Assembly (NCBI RefSeq): GCF_000017845.1
Contig: NC_010546.1
Span: 2,880,001 to 2,912,000, forward strand
Length of the DNA stretch: 32,000 nucleotides
Source of the DNA: Crocosphaera subtropica ATCC 51142
GTDB taxonomy: Bacteria; Cyanobacteriota; Cyanobacteriia; Cyanobacteriales; Microcystaceae
Reading direction: 5' to 3'
Below the pieces are notes generated by a model, which was not told where the DNA came from, did no database searches, and saw only the letters and a list, made by a program, of their open reading frames with translations. A program made the translations under genes and the position numbers. Positions 1 to 9,166 of this stretch are shown piece by piece. Numbering within the stretch: the first letter of the stretch is position 1; the number at the start of each line of letters is the position of its first letter.

Positions 1-57
1 AATGATATTCTTAGCCAAAGTTGGTTTCCCGTCTTATTTTTCTCTCCTGAGAAATAA

Positions 58-1605
58 CTAAACAGTTGAGCCATTTCGAGAGGTAATATAAGCGGTTTTG
101 AGCTTATTTTCAATGGTTGGTTTAAGCTTCTCAAATTCCTGTTTTAACATCCGTTTAGTAATTTGAGGTTTACCCCCTCGTAACAGTTGACTTTTATCAG
201 CCCATTCCTGTAAATTTTGACATTGGTTGGGAGCAATCGTCGTCGTTAAAACGTGCTGACAGGCTTTACCTTTCTCTAAGGCAAAAAATAAAATCCAATA
301 GGAGCCTGACTCTCCTAACAAACGAGCAAACCGTTGACCCGATGAACTTTTGAGATCAAGATAACAGGGCAACCATCTCGGTCCATGTTCACGATGATAC
401 AGTACCGTAATCCATAAAATCATGGGATGGGGACTGGTAATAAAAACAAATTGATTGTAACGAATACTGGAAAGACGATTAGCAATATCTTCTTCATTAA
501 GCATCACCCAAAGACTGGCAAAGTTACCTTCCGGGGATTTAATGATATGAGGAAAAACAATTTTTTGCTGGGGTTTATCCTCAGGCCAAGACATTTTTAA
601 GCAAATATCATCCCCTTTTAAGCAAGTTCTCCTTAGACTAGACTTACTAGACTTAGTGGAGATATCAATCACTTTTTTAGGATTGGCCACTACCGTTTCT
701 TGTTGCGATTCTAATTGAGAAGGTTCTAATTTTTCTAACTTTTGTAAAATTTCTGTTACCGTTTGTGGTCGCTCCCTAGGGGCTTTAGCCATACATTGAA
801 AAATCAGGCGTTCTAACTCTGACGGCAGGTGAAGTTTAGAGGGAATCGGCTTAGGTTTGGCATAATGATGGGCTTCATACCAAGCCCCAAACGAAGAGTT
901 TTCTGGGAAAATTGGCATTTCGCCGGTTAGCATTTCATACATCATCACCCCTAGACTATAGATGTCAGAACGACTATCCAATTCTTTCCCTTCAATCTGT
1001 TCTGGGGAACAATAAGCCAAAGTCCCCATAAATGACTGGGTTTGAGCCTCCCCTGACTGAATTAATTTAGCAATTCCAAAATCTAAAACTTTGACTAACT
1101 CCCCTAAGGCTGGATCCTGAACTAAGAAAACATTACTTGGTTTAATATCTCGGTGAATAATAGGACACATTTCCCCTTCAAACATAATCCCTTTGTGGGC
1201 GCATTCAAGACCAAAACAAATCTGTCGCGTGATCTTTAAAAATCTGGGCAGCGATAGAGGTCGAAACTTGATGACTTCACTGAGACTTTCCCCTTTGAGA
1301 AATTCCATCACATAAAAAGGGATTTCCTTTTCGTCCACGCCATAGTCTCGAACTCGTACAATATGATTACTTTTTTCCCCCAACAACGCAGAAACGGTGG
1401 CTTCTCGCTCAAACCGCTCACGCATTTTACTATTGAGTAGGGCTTGAGACAAAAATTTAACGGCAACAGTAACACCACCAAGCAGTTTATCTTCAGCACG
1501 ATAGACTTGACCCATCGCACCACTGCCAGCAATATCGACCAATTGATAGCGGTTAGCCAATAAACGACGTTGATGAGGTTCTTTCATGGTAACTGGGGGA
1601 TTCAT
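58..1605 (-). CDS. Hanks-type Ser/Thr protein kinase with ~230-aa uncharacterised C-terminal domain
   Basis: The translated ORF has GSGAMGQVY...VAVK (ATP site), HRDIKPSN (catalytic loop), DFGIAK (DFG) and GTLAYCSPE (activation segment). I do not recognise the C-terminal half. Confidence 0.9.
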   Translation of the reverse strand: MNPPVTMKEPHQRRLLANRYQLVDIAGSGAMGQVYRAEDKLLGGVTVAVKFLSQALLNSKMRERFEREATVSALLGEKSNHIVRVRDYGVDEKEIPFYVMEFLKGESLSEVIKFRPLSLPRFLKITRQICFGLECAHKGIMFEGEMCPIIHRDIKPSNVFLVQDPALGELVKVLDFGIAKLIQSGEAQTQSFMGTLAYCSPEQIEGKELDSRSDIYSLGVMMYEMLTGEMPIFPENSSFGAWYEAHHYAKPKPIPSKLHLPSELERLIFQCMAKAPRERPQTVTEILQKLEKLEPSQLESQQETVVANPKKVIDISTKSSKSSLRRTCLKGDDICLKMSWPEDKPQQKIVFPHIIKSPEGNFASLWVMLNEEDIANRLSSIRYNQFVFITSPHPMILWITVLYHREHGPRWLPCYLDLKSSSGQRFARLLGESGSYWILFFALEKGKACQHVLTTTIAPNQCQNLQEWADKSQLLRGGKPQITKRMLKQEFEKLKPTIENKLKTAYITSRNGSTV

Positions 1606-1680
1606 AATAGTTCATTAATGGTCAGATATCAATAACAAATTAGGGGTTAGGAACAAGGGTTTGAAAATAGAAAATAAGAA

Positions 1681-2178
1681 TCATAATTGACGTTCAAATC
1701 TAGCTTCCATCGTGCTTGTGAGGTAATGGCCACTCAGCAGCCCCCCAGAAAAATGATAGGTATGATTATTAAGACGGTAAAATGTTTCAAAGCCACTGCG
1801 TCTTTGGCGATCGCCTAACACCCAATAGCGTTGAATAATCGAGTCTGGGCCGATCCATCCTTCCCCTTCTACTTTGCCTAAAACACTTTGCTGAAGAACA
1901 TAGGTATATTCCCGTTCTTCTCCACTTAGATGTCCTCGGTATTGAAAGGCGATTTCAGGGCGATCACTTTCAGGAAATACCAATTTAGTGACCATGGTGA
2001 ACCAATTATCATTACTCCAAGCTACAAGGGTTTTCCCTTTGACAGATAGGGGCATTTCATTGCGTTCGAGCCAATTTCCCTCAATTGTCCAGCGTCCGGC
2101 TTCTATTAAAAAGCTATGAGCCAAGATAACACTCCTTAATCTCTCTAATGATAAAATTTGAGATCCTAGGTGGGACAA
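1681..2178 (-). CDS. conserved hypothetical protein; start uncertain, possibly disrupted at the N-terminus
   Basis: 165-codon ORF whose track start is TTG. The W/G-rich sequence (GRWTIEGNW, WIGPDS, RYWVLGD) looks protein-like. An in-frame ATG-initiated 31-codon ORF lies upstream, separated by one TGA at 2188..2190. Confidence 0.5.
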   Translation of the reverse strand: MSHLGSQILSLERLRSVILAHSFLIEAGRWTIEGNWLERNEMPLSVKGKTLVAWSNDNWFTMVTKLVFPESDRPEIAFQYRGHLSGEEREYTYVLQQSVLGKVEGEGWIGPDSIIQRYWVLGDRQRRSGFETFYRLNNHTYHFSGGLLSGHYLTSTMEARFERQL

Positions 2179-2517
2179 GGTAGAGTTTCACTCAGAGATT
2201 AGTCCGTCGTTGTACGGGGGAGTAATCTCTGAACCGTTGGTATTCACATCAAGGAAAAGGCAACTTGTCCACTGACTCATGATTGAGAAACAGTTATGCT
2301 TCCCTTTTTATACTCTGACTCCTATCACGCTTAGGTTTCTCTACTTTAGATTTCCCTAACTTTAGCGAAAACTAACAGGTTTTTAATATTTTTTAGTCAG
2401 CACTCAGGGTTCGGCGTTCCGCTTTTAAATCAAAGCAATAAGTCTTCGGTTTAATCTCAGTCACAGTAGATGAGGGGATTCATCGTTTTAAGCTGATGGC
2501 TGAATCCTTAACATTTT

Positions 2518-3669
2518 TTAGCTATTAAGAGGAAGATGAATATCACCCAGTAATCTTGCTTGTTTAGCTCCGGTTACTTGGGGTAAATTTCCTGGGATTT
2601 TACTGACATATCGCCAGTAGGCCAAAATGGCGAAGGCGATCGCTTCCTTAAAATCACTGTTCATCCCTACTTCGTCAGTGGTTTTAACGGTGGTAGTAGA
2701 AGGAAAATGAGATTGAATCCGCTCTTTTAGGTATAAATTGTGGGAGCCTCCCCCACATAACAAAATTTCGTCAATTGGGTCTTTTAGAAATTGCTGATAA
2801 CTATGGGCAATAGAGGCTGCGGTTAATTCTGTTAGGGTGGCTAAAAAATCCGTTTCTGATAAATTATAAACTTGGGCATCTTGCCAACATTGTTCTAAAT
2901 AGGCTTCTCCAAATAATTCTCTTCCTGTTGATTTGGGAGGGGTTTGTTGAAAAAATCCTTGCTTTAACCATTGTTCTACTAATTGTGAGTGAGGGTTTCC
3001 TTGAGCCGCCCATTCTCCATTATTATCATAAGTTTTTTCCCCGTGGGTTAATCGGTTAACCGCCAAATCAATTAGGATATTTCCTGGCCCTGTATCCCAA
3101 CCAATAATCCTATTTTCCCAGTTTTTTTCCTCTTTAGGTGGTAAATAAGTAACATTACCAATACCACCCAGGTTCTGTACACAACGATGATGCTGAGGAT
3201 GACTTAATAGACAAGCATCAATTTTAGAGACTAAAGGCGCACCTTGTCCTCCCACTGCTATATCGGCCGCTCGAAAATTATTAACTGTGGGAATGCCTGT
3301 TAAATTAGCAATGATTTCTCCCCTGCCTAGTTGTAAGGTATAACCTAATTTTTCTTTGAAGGGGGGACGATGATAGATCGTTTGTCCGTGGGAACCAATT
3401 AATGCTACTGTAGAATACTTCTGTTTGATTTTATTAACGGCTTCTACAAAACATAGGGCAATTTCTTCATCTAATTCAGCTAACCTTTCCATTGAGAGTG
3501 GTTTTCCGTCAGCCACTTCTAGAATAGTTTGTCTTAATTTTTCTGGATAATAATGATTGATACCAGACAATAGTTCAATCTCTAAATCGACGTTTTCCCC
3601 TGTAATTTTTACCAGTGCAGCATCGATACTGTCTACAGAAGTGCCACTCATTAATCCCAGACAATACAT
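2518..3669 (-). CDS. anmK: anhydro-N-acetylmuramic acid kinase
   Basis: N-terminal [16 protein letters not shown], internal [15 protein letters not shown] and C-terminal [12 protein letters not shown] are characteristic AnmK/ASKHA motifs. The length of 383 aa is typical. Confidence 0.9.
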   Translation of the reverse strand: MYCLGLMSGTSVDSIDAALVKITGENVDLEIELLSGINHYYPEKLRQTILEVADGKPLSMERLAELDEEIALCFVEAVNKIKQKYSTVALIGSHGQTIYHRPPFKEKLGYTLQLGRGEIIANLTGIPTVNNFRAADIAVGGQGAPLVSKIDACLLSHPQHHRCVQNLGGIGNVTYLPPKEEKNWENRIIGWDTGPGNILIDLAVNRLTHGEKTYDNNGEWAAQGNPHSQLVEQWLKQGFFQQTPPKSTGRELFGEAYLEQCWQDAQVYNLSETDFLATLTELTAASIAHSYQQFLKDPIDEILLCGGGSHNLYLKERIQSHFPSTTTVKTTDEVGMNSDFKEAIAFAILAYWRYVSKIPGNLPQVTGAKQARLLGDIHLPLNS

Positions 3670-3822
3670 ATTTATGCCCTATTTAATTTTGAACAATTTT
3701 TGGTTATAGTTATTAAGGTCAAAGCTTTTATTATAACACCCCTAGACTTATGGTATCTAGGGGTTTATGATTTAGATAAATTTAGTCAGATCAACTACAA
3801 AAAACTATTGGGAAACGCCAAA

Positions 3823-4590
3823 ATGTCTGCCCCCGAAGAACTCACTAATGAGGTCTCACAACCTGTTGAATCCGAAGACACTTCAACCCCTAATGCTGAA
3901 GTTGAGGAAAACCCTGTTCTTTTTCAAGCGATCGGAACCCTCAAAGGGAAACCAGAACAAGATGAAGAGGGTAACTTTTTTATTCGTTTAGGGGGAAAAC
4001 GCTATAAATTATTTATTGCGGGTTATCGCTATCAAGCTTGGCTAAAGCAGATGGCCGCTAACCCCGACCAAAGTTTATTTTTGCGAGTGTATCCCAAATG
4101 TTTAATGATTCCTCGCAAAGATCCTCAGATTTACTTTCAAGTGGCTGCTTGGGAAGAGGAAAACCCTTGGGAAGAAGACCCAGGAATGTTTAAATTTAGA
4201 GGGGTTTGGCAATTTGTTCCTCAAGTCAGAACCCCAGTGATTTCTGTTTATCGTAATCAAAACGCCAACGATCCCAAAGGCAAATTTAAAGCCTCTCATC
4301 TTCCTGTATTAATGAGGCGAGAGGATGAAGCTAAACCCTTTCGCTTTAATCCTAAGATAGCTAAAGAAGACTTACCTCCTCGTTGGTTTATTCAAGGCAA
4401 TTTTAAATTTATACCGTCTCGTAACTGTTGGGGATGGGATAAAGACTTAGAACCCCCAACCACGAAAATCCCACGATACAAAAAACCAGTTAAAGCAACT
4501 ACTGACGGTAAGTTGCCCCCGAAAAAACCCACTAAAAAAATAGATAAACCCAAAAAGCCTAACACTCACAAGACCCAATCAGATGATTAA
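3823..4590 (+). CDS. hypothetical protein with acidic N-terminus and Lys/Pro-rich C-terminal tail
   Basis: Long ORF. I place the start at ATG 3823 (MSAPEEL) because the upstream 41 codons of the track ORF are AT-rich intergenic-looking sequence. No family recognised. Confidence 0.6.
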   Translation: MSAPEELTNEVSQPVESEDTSTPNAEVEENPVLFQAIGTLKGKPEQDEEGNFFIRLGGKRYKLFIAGYRYQAWLKQMAANPDQSLFLRVYPKCLMIPRKDPQIYFQVAAWEEENPWEEDPGMFKFRGVWQFVPQVRTPVISVYRNQNANDPKGKFKASHLPVLMRREDEAKPFRFNPKIAKEDLPPRWFIQGNFKFIPSRNCWGWDKDLEPPTTKIPRYKKPVKATTDGKLPPKKPTKKIDKPKKPNTHKTQSDD

Positions 4591-4668
4591 AGGGTTTAAT
4601 CATGGGTTTGCTGTACGATAATTGTTCTCTAACCTTCATTTTATCTATAATAAATTGTCTAATTAAAT

Positions 4669-5277
4669 TTGGAGAAAAGCCCTATATATACACCCCCTTT
4701 AGCCCGCTTAATTGAACAACTACAACGGTTACCAGGGGTTGGACCCAAAACAGCCCAACGCCTTGCTTTACATATTCTCAAACGTCCTGATAATGAAATT
4801 CAAGCCCTCGCTAAAGCTTTAATTGATGCCAAAAAGCGAGTCGGATTATGTAAAGTTTGTTTTCATTTTTCTGAACAACCCGTTTGTGATATCTGTCGTA
4901 ACCCTAACCGTGACTCCCAAACCGTGTGTGTGGTAGCAGATTCCCGTGACGTTATTGCCTTGGAAAAGACCAGAGAATATCGAGGAAAATATCATGTGTT
5001 AGGGGGTGTTATGTCCCCTATGGATGGGATTGGCCCTGAACAACTCTATATTCAACCGTTAGTCAGACGAGTGACGCAAGAGGGGGTCAAAGAAATTATT
5101 TTAGCTATTAGCCCCACAGTAGAAGGAGAAACCACGACGTTATATATAGGTCAACTGCTCAAACCTTTTACCAAAGTGACTCGTATTGCCTTTGGTTTAC
5201 CGATGGGAGGGGATTTAGAATATGCTGACGAAGTAACCCTAGCCAGAGCGTTAGAAGGAAGACGAGAATTAGAATAA
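4669..5277 (+). CDS. recR: recombination protein RecR
   Basis: It has the helix-hairpin-helix [15 protein letters not shown], the Cys4 zinc finger [16 protein letters not shown] and Toprim-like [14 protein letters not shown]. It is 202 aa with an apparent TTG start. Confidence 0.9.
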   Translation: MEKSPIYTPPLARLIEQLQRLPGVGPKTAQRLALHILKRPDNEIQALAKALIDAKKRVGLCKVCFHFSEQPVCDICRNPNRDSQTVCVVADSRDVIALEKTREYRGKYHVLGGVMSPMDGIGPEQLYIQPLVRRVTQEGVKEIILAISPTVEGETTTLYIGQLLKPFTKVTRIAFGLPMGGDLEYADEVTLARALEGRRELE

Positions 5278-5464
5278 CGTGAGTTCGGTGTTAGGAGTTC
5301 GGAGTGCGACTATGTCGTGCTACGCAACGGAGTTAGAATTTTTTGAACGAGGGAATCAGGGTTTGAGACTTCTTGTTGGTTGTCAGTTTTCCATAGATTC
5401 TCTTCCGTCGAACTCAGGTCATTCAAGGTTATTTACCCAGAGAGGCGTTGTTTCCTTACAACAA

Positions 5465-5637
5465 TCACAAAGAACGAACGGATAATATTTCATTGATATA
5501 ACTGCGAAGGGTAGAAAGAAGCAAATCGCTGCGTTTTTCCAGTCTAGAAATACTATCTTGACGGATTTTAAGTAATTCTGCCATCCTTTCTTGAGTTAGT
5601 TCTCTGGCCTTTCTGATATCTCGAAGGGTCATTTCTT
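5465..5637 (-). pseudogene. 3' exon of intron-interrupted, decayed XRE-family antitoxin paralogue (higA-like)
   Basis: 5495..5637 aligns with 10189..10331 of the intact gene (about 7 mismatches in 143 nt by eye) and encodes MTLRDIRKARELTQERMAELLKIRQDSISRLEKRSDLLLSTLRSYI. The C-terminus then diverges and stops at 5465..5467. Confidence 0.7.
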
Positions 5638-5677
5638 ATTGCCCTAAGCCATAAAGTCGCCTTTATGACTCGGCTTC

Positions 5678-5712
5678 AAAACCGTGCTTGCACCTTTCAG
5701 CGCACACGGCTC
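5678..5712 (-). ncRNA. group II intron domain V (catalytic hairpin)
   Basis: The minus strand reads GAGCCGTGTGCGC-TGAAAG-GTGCAAGCACGGTTT, a 34-nt hairpin with an AGC-type base and GAAA-like loop. It is followed by a domain VI-like hairpin at 5638..5677. Confidence 0.75.
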
Positions 5713-5713
5713 C

Positions 5714-7579
5714 TCAATCTGAAGGTGATTGACATTCATACCAGTCACGATAATCCTTAGCGTTTTTCTTTTGGTGACATTGGATGTGTAGGAGTTGTAG
5801 ATTGTCGAAACGGTTATTACCGTTTTTACTTTTTGCTGCAATGTGGTCTTCCTGTATTACATCTTCTTGCTTAAAGTGTAATCCGCACCAGTTACATTTC
5901 CCTTTTTGACGTTTTAGTAACGCACTTTTTCGGGCGTGTAATATAGGGTTTTTACCCATTCTGGTACTCCAATAGATGTGGTTTCCATCGTAAGGGGAGG
6001 CATTTCCTCTGACCAATGTATGCCTTTTTATAGGCGTTTGATTGTGTCTTTTCAGTCTTTCCTCAATACCTTTGTGAGTGAAAATCCAGTTTTCGGTTTC
6101 TGACGTTTTCCAGTATTTGTTTTTGACTTTATTCCAAGATTTTATTCTTGGGTGTCTCCGTTTTGCCCATCTTACTAAACAGGAAAATAATAGATGGTCT
6201 TGTGTCTCAAATGAATCTTTACTGCATACAGTTGAGTAAAAATTTGTCCATCCTCTAATTACGCTATTGAGTTTCCTAATGAGAACTTCTTGTTTAGAAG
6301 CTTTTTCACTTCGGACTATTTTTCGTAATTTCTCATGGTGTTTTTTGAGACTCTCCTTGCTAGGTTTTATGATGGCTTTAAATCCAAGTAATTCGCCTTT
6401 AGGAGATTTTCCAGAGCTATTTTTGTCAGCTTTATATTGTCTGAAGTTAAACCCCAGAAAATCAAAGCCTGGTTTATTCCTTTTATGTTCGTCGTAAGTG
6501 TGGACAATTTTGGTTTTACTGTCTTTTAGTCTTAAGCCGATAGTCCTTAACCATTCATTTATTAGCTCTTTACAGACCTCAATTACTTTTTGGTCTTCAT
6601 GTATTACTACAAGGTCATCTGCATATCTGATTAGGATTGGACTGTAAAATTCCTGTCCTTTAGAGTGAAACCAGGTTTGTCTATTTCCTACTCCTAATCT
6701 GGGAAATGCTTTCTTGAGTAAGTTTTCCATCCCATGTAAGGCGATATTTGCCAGTAATGGGCTTAGAGTTCCGCCTTGAGGTGTACCTTCTTCTGTTGGG
6801 AATAATTGATTTTCATCTATTATTCCTGCCTTTAACCAGGCTTTGATTTGTCTCCTCAATTTAGGATATGTGTTGAGCTTTTTAATTAATTCAGAATGGT
6901 TGATTTTGTCGAAGCATTTTTCTATGTCGGTTTCAAGAATAAATTTCTTCTTCTTGGATATACCTGTAAATATTGCTTCTACTGCATCATGGACTGACCT
7001 ACCAGGTCTGAAACCGTAAGAATGAGGCTCGAATTTAGCTTCCCATTCTGGTTCTAGTGCCATTTTTGCTAAGGTTTGTAATGCTCGGTCTTTTATGGTT
7101 GGTATTCCCAAGGGTCTTTTCTCGGATTTTCCAGGTTTTGGTATCCATACTCTTCGTACTGGTTTACTTTTTCCTGTGAATTTGAGTTCCTGAATGAGCT
7201 TCCATCTGGCCGACGGTCTTAATGATTTTATTCCGTCTATTCCTGATGTTCTCTTTCCACGATTTTCTTGGGTCACTTTCCTTATGGCTAAGCATTTGGC
7301 TGACCATGATGAGGTCAAAATCTTTTGGAGTTTGCGGACGGCAACAATGTCCCCACGTTGACTGGCTCTGTAAATTCGGTTTTGTAGCTTATACACCTTC
7401 TTGTTAACGGTTTTCCAGTCGATGTTACTCCACTTTTGTCCGTCGTTTGTGGGTGTTAATACTTTCCTCAATTGGGCATTAGTCATATTACTGTTACTTC
7501 CAACTTTACAATCCTTCAAACCGTGAGTCTGTTTGCGTCCCTCTCTGATTACCAGAGACAGATTTTGCTTTTGACTCAA
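5714..7579 (-). CDS. group II intron reverse transcriptase/maturase with C-terminal HNH endonuclease domain
   Basis: It has RT motifs (RRVWIPKPGKSEKRPLGIPTIKDRALQ, YADDLVVI), a maturase/X region (RGWTNFY) and an HNH-type C-terminus (CNWCGL...EDHIAAKSKNGNNRFDNLQLLHIQCH). The track start is TTG 7579. The first ATG is at 7486 (MTNAQLRK). Confidence 0.9.
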   Translation of the reverse strand: MSQKQNLSLVIREGRKQTHGLKDCKVGSNSNMTNAQLRKVLTPTNDGQKWSNIDWKTVNKKVYKLQNRIYRASQRGDIVAVRKLQKILTSSWSAKCLAIRKVTQENRGKRTSGIDGIKSLRPSARWKLIQELKFTGKSKPVRRVWIPKPGKSEKRPLGIPTIKDRALQTLAKMALEPEWEAKFEPHSYGFRPGRSVHDAVEAIFTGISKKKKFILETDIEKCFDKINHSELIKKLNTYPKLRRQIKAWLKAGIIDENQLFPTEEGTPQGGTLSPLLANIALHGMENLLKKAFPRLGVGNRQTWFHSKGQEFYSPILIRYADDLVVIHEDQKVIEVCKELINEWLRTIGLRLKDSKTKIVHTYDEHKRNKPGFDFLGFNFRQYKADKNSSGKSPKGELLGFKAIIKPSKESLKKHHEKLRKIVRSEKASKQEVLIRKLNSVIRGWTNFYSTVCSKDSFETQDHLLFSCLVRWAKRRHPRIKSWNKVKNKYWKTSETENWIFTHKGIEERLKRHNQTPIKRHTLVRGNASPYDGNHIYWSTRMGKNPILHARKSALLKRQKGKCNWCGLHFKQEDVIQEDHIAAKSKNGNNRFDNLQLLHIQCHQKKNAKDYRDWYECQSPSD

Positions 7580-8098
7580 TCTCTCCCTTATCTTGCTTAC
7601 GCTGGTAACTACTTAGATGTTCGACCTATTTCTAAGAGCAAAGACAAGGTTTATTACGTTCCTATTAACCATTTACTCAGCTTTAGAGTCCTCTTATCCA
7701 CCGGAGCCTTGTTGGTTACGAATACTTCACATCGAAGACTTGAAGTACATTTTTGAAAGGTCATCGCCGACTACCTTTCCTTTGGCTCGTTAACATTTTG
7801 TTTACAGCCTATCAGTCTGTTTGGCTGCTTAGAACTAACGATGGTTCTGATAGAGGTTCACTTTCGTTACTCATGGCTAAACTGCTAACCCAAGGTCGTT
7901 TATGGACTCAAACTTATTGGATATTTCATCCTGCTTTACCTGATTTGATGACCATTCTCCTCAGATAAGGATGCGCTTTCAACCCCCGTAACTGGGATGA
8001 TTGGACTTTCACCAATATGGTTAATAAGTTGTCAAGGTTCTGTTTTAACCTTGCAGGTAATCCTCCCGATTTCTCGGTTTCTACCTAACGTACCGCAC

Positions 8099-8150
8099 CT
8101 TCGATTAATTCTTCAATCCTCCCTTCATAAAAGGGTTCAGAGGGGATCAT
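8099..8150 (-). pseudogene. 5' exon of the intron-interrupted higA-like remnant
   Basis: ATG at 8150 encodes MIPSEPFYEGRIEELIEE, which joins in frame to the 3' exon (..EELIEE|EMTLRD..). The last ~23 nt resemble TQELIAEEM of the intact paralogue. The first ~30 nt derive from the repeat element. Confidence 0.5.
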
Positions 8151-8195
8151 AACCCTTTGCCGTGGCGATCGCAAATATAAAGGATGCCATTCAAC
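8122..8195 (+). repeat. decayed copy of the 268-bp repeat 3' end plus an internal hicB-like fragment
   Basis: AAAAGGGTTCAGAGGGGATCATAACCCTTTGC resembles AAAAGGGGGGCCAGGGGGGATCACAACCCCTTGC of the repeat. AATATAAAGGATGCCATTCAA matches AATATAAAAGATGCCATTCAA of the hicB-like gene (10013..10033). Confidence 0.5.
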
Positions 8196-8420
8196 TTATT
8201 TTTTAGGAATAGCAGATAGAATTGCTCTAAGTGCTTGGTTTACCTCTTCAGACGTTTGGAAAACTTGAGCAACATCCGAGTCTAAAGTAACAGTTATGGT
8301 TATCTCATTGTCTTGAGTGGCAAAGCGATTAGGACGAGCTTTACTATAGTTAAACTCATATTCAGGAAGTAAATCTTCTTCTAGGTTTTGGTTAGCTTCA
8401 GAATTTTGTGTGTTCTTCAT
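8196..8420 (-). CDS. brnA: BrnA-like antitoxin (partner of BrnT)
   Basis: Small ORF overlapping the 3' end of the BrnT gene. It has YEFNYSKARPNRFA...VTLDSDVAQVF.TSEEVNQALRAI, typical of BrnT-associated antitoxins. Confidence 0.75.
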   Translation of the reverse strand: MKNTQNSEANQNLEEDLLPEYEFNYSKARPNRFATQDNEITITVTLDSDVAQVFQTSEEVNQALRAILSAIPKK

Positions 8421-8685
8421 AGTCTAAACGTTCTTTTTTGGTTGCTAAACGCGCACTGATCAGACGAATCTTTTGATTTCTTTCTGTGAAACAAACTAAT
8501 ATAAGACGATTATAGCCATCTCGTCCTATGATTATTTCTCTCTTTTCCCCCACAGAATGCCACTCATCATCAAAAATATAAGCTAAAGGATCATTAAAAA
8601 CACTCTTTGCTTCCTCGAATGAGATATTGTGCTTTTTGAGATTAAAGCTTGCTTTTTGGTTGTTCCACTCGAATTGTAAACTCAT
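8398..8685 (-). CDS. brnT: BrnT-family toxin (DUF497)
   Basis: [29 protein letters not shown]...[18 protein letters not shown] matches the DUF497/BrnT signature. Confidence 0.85.
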   Translation of the reverse strand: [95 protein letters not shown]

Positions 8686-8786
8686 CCGCTCAATTTTAGC
8701 TTAACGCGATATTTCCCAATTTCCCATATTGCGATCGCCTTTTAACGTCCACTGAATACAATTAGGATAATCGGGGGAATCAAACC

Positions 8787-9161
8787 ATGAAAACTAGCAA
8801 TTTCTACTTACCTTATAATTCTAAGCTGATAGCAAGGGCAAAAAGGTTGAGAAAAAACATGACACAAGCTGAAAAAAAGCTTTGGTATGATTACCTCAGA
8901 CATTTTCACTGTCGCATCCATAGACAAAGACCCATTGATAACTTTATTGTTGATTTCTATTGTCCGAGGGCAAAACTTGTTATCGAAGTTGATGGAGAAA
9001 TTCATGACACAGAATCAGCGCAACAATATGATCACGAAAGAACACGAAGATTAGAAGGGTATGGATTAACCGTTGTTCGCTTCACTAACCAGGAAGTCCT
9101 CAATCATTTTGTAGAGGTGTGTGAAAAAATTGCAGACTTGATTCCTCCGACATCCCTTTGA
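8787..9161 (+). CDS. DUF559 (Vsr-like) endonuclease domain protein
   Basis: LRKNMTQAEKKLWYDYLR, RQRPIDNFIVDFYCPRAKLVIEVDGEIH and RTRRLEGYGLTVVRFTNQEV are the typical DUF559 pattern. The stop lies 5 nt before the tandem repeat array. Confidence 0.8.
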   Translation: MKTSNFYLPYNSKLIARAKRLRKNMTQAEKKLWYDYLRHFHCRIHRQRPIDNFIVDFYCPRAKLVIEVDGEIHDTESAQQYDHERTRRLEGYGLTVVRFTNQEVLNHFVEVCEKIADLIPPTSL

Positions 9162-9166
9162 GATAT

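Larger units (their letters stand above)
5638..8098 (-). mobile_element. group II intron (2461 nt) with intron-encoded protein
   Basis: On the minus strand the 5' end reads GTGCGGTACG (from 8098 downward) and the 3' end reads ...GGGCAAT (5638). A domain V-like hairpin lies right after the ORF stop. The RT/maturase/HNH ORF sits in the domain IV position. Flanking exons are homologous to one gene. Confidence 0.85.

Noticed and set aside
2188-2190. Selenocysteine recoding of the in-frame TGA
   Set aside because: The only strong hairpin is upstream of the TGA, whereas a bacterial SECIS lies immediately downstream. There is no supporting evidence, so it is kept only as an unexplained stop in the findings.
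2470-2517. Hairpin GGATTCATC...GATGGCTGAATCC followed by a T-rich tract, as a terminator or small RNA
   Set aside because: The T-run follows the hairpin only on the plus strand, where no upstream gene exists. For the minus-strand anmK the hairpin is not followed by a U-tract. The evidence is too weak to call.
5279-5485. ORF 5279..5485 (+) downstream of recR
   Set aside because: It starts at a non-ATG codon and overlaps GAGTTCGG/GGAGT-type short repeats and the tail of the higA' remnant on the other strand. No recognisable motifs.
6267-7968. Plus-strand ORFs 6267..6497, 7222..7407, 7472..7756 and 7753..7968
   Set aside because: They are antisense to the intron RT ORF or lie inside structured intron domain I. 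They have low-complexity hydrophobic translations and no start context.
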